From IMG/VR virus record IMGVR_UViG_2687453780_000005, positions 52,196 to 116,195 of that record: 64,000 bases of DNA, one strand, 5' to 3'. The translations under genes were made by a program, and so were the position numbers. The DNA is from a virus. Its lineage: Duplodnaviria; Caudoviricetes. Shown here piece after piece: positions 45,480 through 56,776 of the stretch; the stretch's first letter is position 1; each line of letters opens with the position of its first letter. The notes under the pieces were generated by a model, which was not told the DNA's origin, ran no database searches, and saw only the letters and a program-made list of their open reading frames with translations.

Positions 45480-46025
45480 GTGAATCGTATTAAAAATTAT
45501 TACACAGATAAGAAATACAAGGAACTTTTATCTCACATGGTTATACTCTGCGATACGAAAGAAAAGAGCAATGAAAATATAATAAAATATTTTGATGAAA
45601 ATGGAATTGCGTATAAAAAACGTTCTCTTAAAACAGGCGATTATTCAATTATGGTAGAGGCTTGCCCGGAGTTGGGGTTTCTTATAGACACATATTTTAC
45701 CGATGAATTGGTGATTGAGCGTAAAAACGGATTAAAGGAACTGGCTGGTAATTTGTCGAACAATCAAGATGATGACCGATTTATGAAGGAATTAAACAGA
45801 ATGATTAATGTCTCAAACGTTTATCTTGTGGTAGAGAACGATAGACTGGACGATATTATGGAACACAATTACGATTCCAAATATAATGAAGATTCGTTTT
45901 TGAGAACATTACTAACATGGCAAAAGCGGAGCAATTTCTATCTGAATTTTGTTAATCGTGAGAACATGGGAAAATTCATTTATGAGATTTGCAAAAACTG
46001 TTTAGATAATAGCATTTTAAAATAG
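45480..46025 (+). CDS. ERCC4-domain nuclease
   Basis: CDTKEK, LKTGDYS, IERKNGLKEL, RFMKELNR. Confidence 0.85.
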   Translation: MNRIKNYYTDKKYKELLSHMVILCDTKEKSNENIIKYFDENGIAYKKRSLKTGDYSIMVEACPELGFLIDTYFTDELVIERKNGLKELAGNLSNNQDDDRFMKELNRMINVSNVYLVVENDRLDDIMEHNYDSKYNEDSFLRTLLTWQKRSNFYLNFVNRENMGKFIYEICKNCLDNSILK

Positions 46026-46036
46026 GAGGATAAAAT

Positions 46037-46768
46037 TTGAAGAAAGAAATGTTTGAGAAAGAATTGGGATATATTGCAACAGAAGAAGTAAGAAAATTGG
46101 TCGAAGTTGGTTTAGAGAATTTGCCAGACTATTTCTTTTCAATGGCCGCTTCCACCACCGGAAAATATCATCCGTCATATGCTCTTGGAGAAGGTGGACT
46201 TGTTAGGCATACAAAAGCAGTTGCGTTATTTGCTAACTATATTTGCCAGCTAGAACAGACACAAAATGATCTTACTCAGGAAGAACGAGATTGTATGATT
46301 GCAGGTTCTATCTTGCACGATGGATTTAAAGAGGGGACTGGTGGGAGTAAATTCACCGTACATGACCACCCACAAATTTGTGCGAATTGGATATTAAGCA
46401 ATGAGATTTTCAATGATTTCAATATGGACTACAGGAATAAAATTGCGGAAGTTATTTCCTCTCATATGGGACAGTGGAATGAAAATAAAAGAAGCAAGGT
46501 TGTTTTGCAGAAGCCAACAACGTCCATGCAGAAAATTGTTCATCTTTGTGATTATCTGGCATCAAGGAAAGATATTGAAATCCTATTTGATTCCAATGTG
46601 GAAGTGACAAAGCCAGACATTAATACATATACGTTTTCTTTCGGTAAGTATAAAGGACAGTTGATTACAGAAGTGGCAAAAGAGCATAAAGATTACTTAG
46701 AGTGGATGAATGGGAACATGACTATGAAAGAGCCGTTGAAAACATTTGTTTCCGAACTGCTTAAATGA
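46037..46768 (+). CDS. HD-domain phosphohydrolase with C-terminal FGKYKG module
   Basis: ASTTGKYHP, GGLVRHT, ILHDG, SHMG, HLCD; FSFGKYKGQLI. Confidence 0.82.
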   Translation: MKKEMFEKELGYIATEEVRKLVEVGLENLPDYFFSMAASTTGKYHPSYALGEGGLVRHTKAVALFANYICQLEQTQNDLTQEERDCMIAGSILHDGFKEGTGGSKFTVHDHPQICANWILSNEIFNDFNMDYRNKIAEVISSHMGQWNENKRSKVVLQKPTTSMQKIVHLCDYLASRKDIEILFDSNVEVTKPDINTYTFSFGKYKGQLITEVAKEHKDYLEWMNGNMTMKEPLKTFVSELLK

Positions 46769-46988
46769 AATGTGAATATATAGGTGGATTACCTTTTTAT
46801 GAACCAAGCAATGAAAGGAGAATTGAGTTGAATATCGGAGAGGTTGTTGAAGAACTGATTAACTATAAAAGAGAATTTGGCATCTCATATCCTAGAGATG
46901 CAGCCATAAACGATGCTTGCAATATATTAAGCAGGTTGCCAAGAGATAAGAAAGCGGTAGACTGGATAATCGAAAATGGAGGAACCGA

Positions 46989-48938
46989 ATGACGGATATT
47001 GAAAGAATCAAGGAGCTGACAAATCTCCTGAATCACCACAGAAATCAATATTATAACAAAAATAACTCTGAAATCAGCGACCAGGAGTACGATAAGCTGT
47101 TTGATGAGTTAAAAGAAAAAGAAGATAAAACAGGTTTTTGCTTGGCAAATTCACCGACGCAATCGGTAGGATATTTGGTGCAGAGCAAGCTTCAGAAGAG
47201 TATTCATGAGTATCCGATGTTATCCCTGGACAAAACAAAATCACCAGATGAGTTGTTGAAATTTATTGGGAAAAGAGACGCTGTTCTTATGCTTAAACTT
47301 GATGGGCTGACTGTATGTCTTACATACGATAATGGAGTGTTGCTTAAAGCAGAATCTCGCGGAGATGGTGCAGTCGGAGAGGATATTACCGAAAATGCGA
47401 AAACATTTTGCAATATTCCTCTTACAATACCATACAAGAATAAGCTTGTAGTATTTGGAGAAGCAATTATTGATTATAATACTTTCTACAAGATTAATAG
47501 TGAACTGCCCGACGAAAAGAATTATAAGAATCCACGTAATTTATGTAGCGGTACCGTAAGACAGTTAGATAGTAAGATATGTGCTGATAGAAAAGTGAAA
47601 TTTATAGCATGGAGACTGGTTGAGGGGAGTGACGAAAACAACTTTTTCACAAGGTTAAATAAACTTGATGAATATGGCTTCGACGTTGTTCCATGGAGAT
47701 TGATAGGTGAAGATATTCTAAATCAGTTGCAAAACATGAGAGTTACTGCCGAATCTTACGATTACCCCATTGATGGTTGCGTGGTGTCGTTTACTGATAT
47801 TTCCTACATGGAATCGCTTGGAGCCACATCACATCATTTAAGAGGACAGCTTGCGTTTAAGTATGCAGAAGACCAGGAGTCTACTATATTAAGAGAAATC
47901 GAGTGGTCTATGGGTAAGACTGGTAATTTAACACCTGTTGCTATATTCGATCCGGTAGAACTTGCAGGAACTACAGTCAGCCGTGCATCCCTACATAATA
48001 TCAGTATAATGAAGGATTTGGATATTAAAGTTGGTGCCAACGTGACGGTAGTTAAGAAGAACGAGATCATTCCGCAGATTATTGAATGTGACGCTGATGT
48101 AGCAGAGTTTGAAATTCCTGACACATGTCCAATATGTGGTGGTAAAACAGCGATAGTTAAAGTTAACGATACAGAGGTGCTTACATGTACTGACGCTGAC
48201 TGCAAAGGAAAATTGCTTGGTAGGCTTACACATTATTCTAGTAAAAATGCATTGAATATTGACGGGTTATCTGAAGCCACGTTAGAAAAGTTCATGGAAT
48301 TAGGTTGGCTAAATCAACTATCAGATATTTACACATTAGATTCCCATAAAGAAAAAATGGTCAAATTAGACGGTTTTGGCAAGAAATCAGCAGAGAAGTT
48401 ATTAGCAGCAATTGAAAAATCAAAGAATACTACACTTGAACGATATCTCTATGGACTATCTATAGCCCTGATTGGCAAGACGGCCAGCAAAACTATCAGT
48501 AAGCAATTCAATGGAGATTATTCAAAATTCATCGAGGCGTTAGAAGATGGCTTTGACTTTACGCAACTTAACGATTTTGGAGCAACTATGAATAGTAGTA
48601 TCTATGCATGGTACGAAAAATATAGCGATTCTGAGGACGCTTATATTCCAACGCTACTTGATTTTGAGAAGCCAAAAGCAGTTATAGTTGCTGATAATAA
48701 TAAAGATTTATCAGGAATGGTATTTGTAATCACTGGTAACTTGACGCATTATTCCAATAGGAACGAATTGGTAGAAGAAATTGAGCGACTTGGTGGTAAA
48801 GTATCAGGTTCAGTGTCAGTGAAAACTACATACCTCATCAATAATAGCTTAGAAAGTAATTCTGGGAAAAATAAAAAGGCAAAAGAACTTGGAGTATCTA
48901 TTATAACAGAAGAACAATTTATTTCCATGATTAAATAA
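46989..48938 (+). CDS. ligA: NAD-dependent DNA ligase
   Basis: MLSLDK, KLDG, SRGDG, NPRN, DGCV, Zn finger CPICG, HhH repeats, BRCT FVITG. Confidence 0.96.
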   Translation: MTDIERIKELTNLLNHHRNQYYNKNNSEISDQEYDKLFDELKEKEDKTGFCLANSPTQSVGYLVQSKLQKSIHEYPMLSLDKTKSPDELLKFIGKRDAVLMLKLDGLTVCLTYDNGVLLKAESRGDGAVGEDITENAKTFCNIPLTIPYKNKLVVFGEAIIDYNTFYKINSELPDEKNYKNPRNLCSGTVRQLDSKICADRKVKFIAWRLVEGSDENNFFTRLNKLDEYGFDVVPWRLIGEDILNQLQNMRVTAESYDYPIDGCVVSFTDISYMESLGATSHHLRGQLAFKYAEDQESTILREIEWSMGKTGNLTPVAIFDPVELAGTTVSRASLHNISIMKDLDIKVGANVTVVKKNEIIPQIIECDADVAEFEIPDTCPICGGKTAIVKVNDTEVLTCTDADCKGKLLGRLTHYSSKNALNIDGLSEATLEKFMELGWLNQLSDIYTLDSHKEKMVKLDGFGKKSAEKLLAAIEKSKNTTLERYLYGLSIALIGKTASKTISKQFNGDYSKFIEALEDGFDFTQLNDFGATMNSSIYAWYEKYSDSEDAYIPTLLDFEKPKAVIVADNNKDLSGMVFVITGNLTHYSNRNELVEEIERLGGKVSGSVSVKTTYLINNSLESNSGKNKKAKELGVSIITEEQFISMIK

Positions 48939-48951
48939 ACTTGATAGATAT

Positions 48952-49023
48952 AAATAAAGAAAACCATTGACAAGAGATTGTTATGGTGATATCATTAATT
49001 CGTAGTAATAAATAAAGAAAACC
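48952..49023 (+). promoter_or_regulatory. Sigma-A promoter flanked by two AAATAAAGAAAAC motifs, upstream of the tRNA
   Basis: TTGACA 48967-48972, 17 bp, TG-n-TATCAT 48990-48995. Confidence 0.82.
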
Positions 49024-49048
49024 GAAAGCGCATTAAGTTGTACTTTCT

Positions 49049-49120
49049 AGCGGTATAGTGAACAGGTTATCACGCTGGTCTTTGACACCAGAGAAGATGG
49101 TTCGATACCATCTACCGCCG
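49049..49120 (+). tRNA. tRNA-Gln (anticodon TTG), CCA not encoded
   Basis: Acceptor AGCGGTA/TACCGCC, D stem GTGA/TCAC, anticodon arm CTGGT-CTTTGAC-ACCAG, T arm GATGG-TTCGATA-CCATC. Confidence 0.9.
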
Positions 49121-49149
49121 TTACTTAATATAGAAGGAAGGAGAGAGTC

Positions 49150-52100
49150 ATGTTAAAAGAATTGTTGGTTTACTTACATATTTTATGGGCTACAGAAAAA
49201 GAATTACGGTTGGAATTGTCACTCCTTAAACATCAATCCAAAATGGTAGATATCCATGAAAAGTATAAGGAATTTGAATTTAAGAACGGCGCGGCAAGAA
49301 ATGAGTTTGATTATTTGCACACCGAGATCATGAACCGATTTTATCGTCGAAAGGAGGACGACTGATGATTTGTACATCATGTGGAAGCAATGCAGTTATA
49401 CAGGTAACACATTTTGAGAAAGATAAACAAAGTAAATACTACAAGTGTAAGAATTGTAAAGCCAGAACTAACGAAAGCAAAACGTCATTTTATGAGATTT
49501 TAAAGAGGGAGGAGGAAAAGAGAGATGCCTACATATGAAATTAAATTTTACAGAGATAATGAAGAGATAGAGATTGATGAAATTCCAGAAGAATACTTGA
49601 ACGGCATAATTCAGTCTTGTAGAAGTGAAATTGCCAGTAGAGAAAGATTTGAAAAAGTATTTAAGAGAATGGTAGGCAAGTAACTAAGGTTTCGAGGAGG
49701 TAAAAATGGAGAGACTCACGACGGTTCCACAAGCGTCCATGATCAAATGTTGTGGTTGCATAGAAGAATCCAATTGCTATAGTGATATATCATGTGATGA
49801 AATATTTGAGGGAATTAAAAAACTGAAAGCATATGAAGATACAGGATTGGAACCGGAAGAAATTGGATTCTTAGAACGAGATTTGGAGAAAAAAGTATGT
49901 ACGGGATGTTGGCTTAAGGAGGGCAAAAAAATAGCTGAGAAGATATCTATGTTAAAGGAATTGCTTGAAGCGGCATCAGAAGAGATAGAAAATGTGTACG
50001 GTCATGATACAGAACTTATGGAGCGAATCAGGAATGCACTTTAATTCAGAAAACTGTGGTTTTATAGTGAAACGGGAAAAGGAGATAATATTTGGAAGAT
50101 ATTTTAGGAAGAGAATTACATGATGGAGATATTTGTGTTGGTAAAGGAACCGGTAGAAATGTAAGGGGAATGGACATAGGAGTATGGTCTGGTAAATCAA
50201 TTGCATTCAAGGGTGGCAATAAGCGTTCCATGGGAGATGTATTTCTTGTGGTTAATCCTACAGAAGAGGAAATGGCAATTAAAAGAGATATTGAATCATC
50301 TCTTCAGAAAATAGAAAATAAGCGACAAGAACGAGATTCTATGAATACCATTCCATTATCCAAGCTTGAAGTTGGTGGAATTTACAAATGCACAAATGGA
50401 CATTGCTATGTGTATCTTGGTAAGCGAAAAGTGACACTGAAAGATTTAGGTTATCACGAGAAAAAAGAAGATGTTCAGGAAGGTCATTGTTTCGTGTTTG
50501 TCTGCGAGAGCTATACAGACAAAGAGGTCAAAGAAGCTATTTTAAGTATTGGTACATATCATGGGAATCATTCGATTGCAGTGTTAAAAGGCGGTAAGAA
50601 ACTTACGGATTTTGTAAGAAAGGCTGATTTACAATTTCCAATGGAGAATGAAGTAGAAAACCATTCCAGTTCAAGATACAGTTTCAGTTATCATTATAAA
50701 TTAATTGTTGAGTAAGGAGAGCCTGAATGCGTTGGAATAGTAATACTACTGACGAAAATATTCTTGAAGATTTTATGTCTCACTTTCCATATGATTACGA
50801 TAATATTAAACAACGAAAATTTGTATTTGAAAGTCTGATGTTTAAAAGGTATTTATTGGCAGTAAGATGGCAAATCCTGAAAGATGTCATTGAGGAAGAT
50901 TTTGAAGAGATAAGATGTTTTGTATATAAAATTGTTAAGAAATTTTCGGAAATATGAAAGGAGTAAAATGAGTCATAATAAGGCATTAAGTTATCGAGAA
51001 AAGATAGAGAATTGGCGAAGAGTAAATCAGCCTGTTTTTGATGAATGGAACAGAAAAATATGTAAGTATTTCGAGGACAATCCAGAAGTAAAATCTATTA
51101 CATTTACTATCGGAGACTCTGCACCGATAACAATTTGCCGTTAATATTCTTTAGCAAATTATTGTTTTATAAGGAGGAACGACGAGTTTGAGATTTTACT
51201 ATGAAAACAACATGGGCGATTCAGGATTCTTTACATTAAAGAAATCAGAGATTGTAAAAGCAATTCAGTCTGCATGGAATATTGAGGCAAACCTATATAT
51301 GGTCCCATCTGGAACAAATAATAAGAATCTTTTGAATCAATTTATTCATGGTAATATAAAACCTATTTTACTGCCAGATGAGGATAATGAGGTTATTAAC
51401 GATTACCTAGAAGAATTTGGATTATATTTGATCGATGGTGATGAATATAGAGAGCTACGTTATATTAAATCAGGAGAATTAGCAATTGATCCTAATGACT
51501 ATTCAGATATTTTGAGATTAAATTAGGTGGAGGTGATATATATTAAGACATTTTTAAAAGGATTATTGGCAACGGCAATTGGAATTTTATTGACTACATT
51601 AGAATTTGTACTGGTGATTTCATTTATAGCAGCCATTGTAGCAGCAATCATATTTCTGGTAAGTTTACTACCGTCAATCATTATCGGACTCAGGTTGATT
51701 GGAATAATAATTTTGTTACTGATATTACTGTTGTGGATTGCTGCGAATTCAGTAGATGCCTATAGAAATTTAAAAATGAGGGTTGAAAATGATTGATAAA
51801 AGCAAATTAAAAGAGGGAGATATTGTATGGGCATGTGCTTTCAATATTGACTTAGATAGACAATCTCATTTTGGAGGCAAGGTAGTTCATTCGAAACAGG
51901 AACCTATCAAGGGAATCATACATAATAAATATTTCCATGTCTTAAAGCAAGATGGTACTCCAAGAGCAAACGGTGTCAGTTTATATAGTAGGGATTTTGC
52001 TGAAACATACGAGGAATGCGTGGAGATTTACAATAAAAAGATTGGTGAAAAGATTAATAAGTTATGTAGAACAGTAAAGGAATTAAGGAAGGAATTGATT

Positions 52101-54621
52101 GAACGGGAGGAGAATATTTGAAAACAATTTCAAAGGTGATTTTTGAGAAGCACTATACAAGTCCTTCAAAATGGGGGCAGAAAATAGAAACCTACATTAA
52201 GATTGAACGACATTTTGATTTTAAGGAAGGAATCAAATATTCCGTTTGCACTCCAAATCATTCATGCTGTAAGAAGAAATTATTTGACGCTATGGTTTGG
52301 GCAATGGAACACGAAAGTATAAAAGGTATGAAGTATGAAGGACTTAAAGAGAAGATCTATAAACATAAATTATGGAACAAAATTGCTGAGTAAATGTCCA
52401 TTTGGTTAAAATTATAGGAGGATAAATAAAATGGCGTATTTAAGTTATAACAATAAGTATATTGATATCAGCGATGAACTGGCTGAAAGATTAGAATTAG
52501 TAAATGATATTTGCAAGATACATAACGATGATATTCCTAAAGTAATCGAGTCTATGGCAAAAGAACCAAATTATATGATGGAGACATTGGAGGAAAATGT
52601 TTTAAAGTTGAAGCTATTCTCTAAAGATATTGCCAAGAAGTATAAGGAAGCAGTTGTTGAAGAAACAAATGCCTTATATGAAATCTGGGATAGCTGCGAA
52701 GAAAAACGAACTGCGGCCTATAACAAAGCAAAAGAAGTAAATGAGGTGCTTTATCAGACCTCCGATGTTATTACCAGTATTAAAAAATCATTAGATGGTT
52801 TCAACATATATGGGGCAGAAAAGGTATTGAGTTTACTTGAAAAGTTTAACTCTATGTCTGAGAAAGAAAAAAGTTTGTTTGAAAAATTATTGGAGGTTTC
52901 AAGATAAAATGATTCATTGGTTGCAATTTTAAAAGAAAGGATAGTACATAATGGCAAAAGTATATTTAGTAGAAGAATCGTGGGGAATATGCTCTGACTG
53001 TAGTACCGTAGCCGCATTTTTAGACGAAGCAAAGTGCGATAAATTTATTGAAGAACATATGATTCCAAGAAATGAAGAGATGGAACGACTAGAAACGTGT
53101 CGTAGGTGTAGATGCCATGATAAAGAGGATTTTAGTTACACTCATAAATATGACGAAATATTTTTATTAGAGAATGAATGTCCTCTTGCAAAAATTGGTG
53201 TTGATAGAAATGGTAAATATTGTGAAAACGAAAATGCCGATTATTATTTAATGAGTACGAATGACTATTCAAAATGGTCTATTGATATAACAGAATGAGA
53301 GGAGAATTAATTGAAGATCTTTGATTATGCGGATTTGGGTGGAAAAATTCTCTTGGGATTATTCAAGGCTTGGGATTACACCAGAATCAGACGGTATAAC
53401 ACCCATCGCTGAAACTAATAAATCCATAGAAATGGGTGATGTACTTGTTATTGACGATATGGCTTATACAGTTTCTTCCATGTCTGGTAGAGGTGATACA
53501 TATTATGCGGCCTATGTTCAAAAACTGAAGAATCAAGATATTTTCGTCGGGAACAAAGAGCCAGCAAATCAGAACTATAAATCAGAAATTACCTGCCCTT
53601 ACTGTGGCTGTGAAACCGAAAGCTGGGAAATGGACGACGAAGAAGATGATTATACATGTGGGAACTGTGGAAGTACATTTTCCTATCAGAGACATGTAAC
53701 TGTTGAATATTGTAGTCAGCCTAAATATAAGGCTGAATCTAAGAGGTTGTGAGGTAAATAATGGAGAAAACCAAAGAATGGCATTATCTTGAAAATGAAA
53801 ACAGGTGGTTACTATTATTTTGTCCATATTATAATGAGGAGATCGTTGCTCAATTACATAAAGATCAATGTGGAGATTGGTTACTTGATTCAATAGTTTT
53901 GAGATTAAAAGATGAATATATTGATAATTTCAATGACCACGAATGTCTGGAAGTAATACAAAGCAAGGTAGAAGAAAAGATTCATGAGCACTATCTAGAA
54001 GAGGCCAAGTATTATAAAGAATTGGCGGACAAATTTATGGAGGCGGAATGATGGATTTATATTTCAAATTTAAGTTTGCTTTTGAATATCTGTTGCCACT
54101 ACTCCTTATTGGGATGACTACACTATATTTTATGTTTAAGCATTTTAAGAAACGTAAGTAGAAGAAATTGGAGAAGATATGAGTAAAAGAACAAAATCGA
54201 ATCTTGTTGGAATAGGAACTGTTTCACTATTGTCGATGTGTTTTGCCTTATCATTTGCTGCTCTTGCTACTAATTCATTACTATTAGCATTGATTAGCTT
54301 CACCACCGCAATTGTTCGGTCAGAAATGAAGGAGTGGTATGGTAAGTGCAGAATGGAAGAGATTGATGAGTTATTTGACGATATTAATAGTTCGGATTTA
54401 TATTTGTGATTTACCATAAAACAGATATTTTATAAAGAAAATTAACAAGAAAGGAGATGTAGAAAATAGATAAATTAAAAGACAAGTTCTTGATATTTTG
54501 CAATGAATGTAGCTGGAAAGAAAATACAATTGGTTTAAAATATGAATTTTGCCCGAAATGTGGGCATGTAAATATTGGATTCAGTAAGATCAAAGAAGCA
54601 TTAAAAGAGTCTGAAAACTAG
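49150..54621 (+). other. Second array of about 18 small hypothetical ORFs (membrane and Zn-ribbon proteins among them)
   Basis: Co-oriented ORFs; junction palindromes at 50049, 51154, 52390, 52905, 54417. Confidence 0.65.
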
Positions 54622-54656
54622 AAGCTGTTATTTTTGTACCCAAAATTAAAGATGAT

Positions 54657-54703
54657 ACACAATATATAGCATTTAAAAAATATTAAAACACAATATATAG
54701 TAA
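54657..54703 (+). promoter_or_regulatory. Tandem NrdR boxes
   Basis: ACACAATATATAG at 54657 and 54688 (31-bp offset), matching the NrdR consensus acaCwAtATaTwGtg, upstream of the gmk...nrdDG-dut cluster. Confidence 0.78.
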
Positions 54704-54760
54704 TGAAAATACTAGCAAATGGCTCTTTTATGAGCTTTGGATAAGAAAGGAGAATAACTA

Positions 54761-55318
54761 TTGATACTCCTCATTGGAAAGACCTGTTCGGGAAAAGACA
54801 CAATATTAAATGAAATAGTAAAACTTGGCTACAAGAAAATAGTAACTTATACAACACGCCCCATGCGTCCAGGCGAAGTCGACGGTGTCAATTATCATTA
54901 CATATCAAGAGAGAGCTTCTTAGCAAAAGAAACTAATGGGTTCTTTGCTGAAACCACAAGTTATAATGTTGCTACCGGAGACACATGGTATTATGGTTCC
55001 GCTATTGAGGATTACGATAATGACAAAGTGATGATTGTTAATCCAGATGGTATTAAGCAAATCGCTAAGATTAAATCGTTGAATCCGGTTGTATCTTATA
55101 TTCAAGCAAATGAAGATATTATCAGAAAGAGATTGTCCGAAAGAGGAGACAATCCTTTGGAAGCTGATAGGAGAATCGAAGCAGATGATAAGGATTTCTT
55201 TGAAATTGAAAAATATGTGGATTATTATGTTGTGAACAATGGAGAATTTACGCCATTGGAATTAGCTAAAGATATTATTGGTATATATAAATTTGCAAAG
55301 GGAGGTATTTTTTCATAG
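54761..55318 (+). CDS. gmk: Guanylate kinase-like protein
   Basis: GKTCSGKDT P-loop; TTRPMRPGEVDGVNYHY; YYG. Confidence 0.9.
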   Translation: MILLIGKTCSGKDTILNEIVKLGYKKIVTYTTRPMRPGEVDGVNYHYISRESFLAKETNGFFAETTSYNVATGDTWYYGSAIEDYDNDKVMIVNPDGIKQIAKIKSLNPVVSYIQANEDIIRKRLSERGDNPLEADRRIEADDKDFFEIEKYVDYYVVNNGEFTPLELAKDIIGIYKFAKGGIFS

Positions 55319-55764
55319 AAAACTATTACGTATATCTCGCCGGGAGCATGACTGCTTTTGGTGTAGATAGATATCATTAAGGAAACCAATGGAGAAAAGA
55401 AGCAAAGAGAAAGCTGTTTCGGTTGGCTGACTTATATGGAGCAATTAAAAAACCGGTGACTATCAATCCTAACGATCACTTTTCTTTCCTAGATGATACT
55501 GCATATAAAAGTCAAAGGGAAATTAAAGAACTAGACTTACATAAGGCAAAGAATAGTGATTTGATTATTGTTAATTTCAATACTAATAACAGCATTGGCA
55601 CATCAAAGGAGATTGCCATTTGCCACGATAAGGGGGTTCCTGTTATCGGCTTGAATGAGCAGAACTTAGAGCTGCACCCATGGGATATTGACGATTGCAA
55701 CAGGATATTTGATGATATGGACGAAATGCTTGAATATGTAGCTAAGCATTATTTGATGGATTAG
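55315..55764 (+). pseudogene. Nucleoside 2-deoxyribosyltransferase-like gene interrupted by an in-frame TAA
   Basis: ATA start after GGAGG; YVYLAGSM...YH, TAA 55378-55380, GNQWR...; downstream SDLIIVN and SIGTSKEI. Confidence 0.65.
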
Positions 55765-55779
55765 GAGGTAAATACAAAA

Positions 55780-56019
55780 ATGAAATATTCAATAGAAACA
55801 ATTAAAGGTGGCTGTGTCGAAACCATTATTTTAAGTGACGGAAGTACATATTTAAAGAAACATGTGAAAACAGATTTCGGATCTGAATGCTGTGATAAAG
55901 ATTTTTCGGAACAGATGGAGAGCGATGGGATTTGTCCTGAAATACTTGAAAAAGTATATGATTCGTTTGACGGATTCCTTGCAAGCGACTTCATGAGTAT
56001 TGGCGAGTTAGATTGCTAA
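55780..56019 (+). CDS. Hypothetical protein
   Basis: AGGAGG RBS and ORF. Confidence 0.6.
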   Translation: MKYSIETIKGGCVETIILSDGSTYLKKHVKTDFGSECCDKDFSEQMESDGICPEILEKVYDSFDGFLASDFMSIGELDC

Positions 56020-56290
56020 AAGCTAAATAATCGGAGATTTTGTGATGATTATTTGAATTAAAAATAGGAGTATAAAAATGGATATGTTTAAAGATATGTG
56101 CGTAAAACAAGGTTATGTGCCACCTACCTGCTTATTGGAAGGTCAGCTTTGTTGGCTACTAGTTCAAAGCCAAGGAGACCCGTGTAAAGGCTGTAATTGT
56201 GACCGAGAAAAGTGTAATGGAAGAAATAGAGAGTAACTAAATCTTAAGATAGAAGGGTTATTTTATTAGGAATGAGAGAGGAGCGATCAT

Positions 56291-56776
56291 ATAAAAATTA
56301 TATTTTTAGATATTGATGGGGTCTTGAATTGTCAATCTTCAAAGTCTAAGTGTAACGGACTAATTGGGATTGATAATGATAAGGTTAATAACCTTGCTGA
56401 CATAGTAAAGCATACTGAAGCCAAAATAGTTCTTTGCTCTTCGTGGAAAGATTGTTGGGAGAGGGTAAATAAAGAAGATCAACATGTGTTAGGTAACTAC
56501 TTGGATAAAAAACTAAGAAGAAAAAAACTGTTTATATTCGATAAGACAACTGACGACGGAAGCAATCGAGGAGATGGTATAACAAACTGGCTTAATAATG
56601 TCAAGGCTCATCACAAAGTAGAATCGTGGATTGTCATAGATGATGAAATCTTCAAAGACTATGACCACTATGGAATTATGAAGCATTTGGTTAAGACGGA
56701 GTTCTATAACAGTAGCGGAGGACTTCAATGTGAGCATGTAGGTAAGGCGATCCAATTATTAAATAATTGCGACTAA
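56291..56776 (+). CDS. HAD-domain protein (RNA-repair-associated HAD type)
   Basis: In-frame extension to ATA 56291 gives IKIIFLDIDGVLN (HAD motif I); IVLCSSW; WIVIDDE. Confidence 0.82.
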   Translation: MKIIFLDIDGVLNCQSSKSKCNGLIGIDNDKVNNLADIVKHTEAKIVLCSSWKDCWERVNKEDQHVLGNYLDKKLRRKKLFIFDKTTDDGSNRGDGITNWLNNVKAHHKVESWIVIDDEIFKDYDHYGIMKHLVKTEFYNSSGGLQCEHVGKAIQLLNNCD

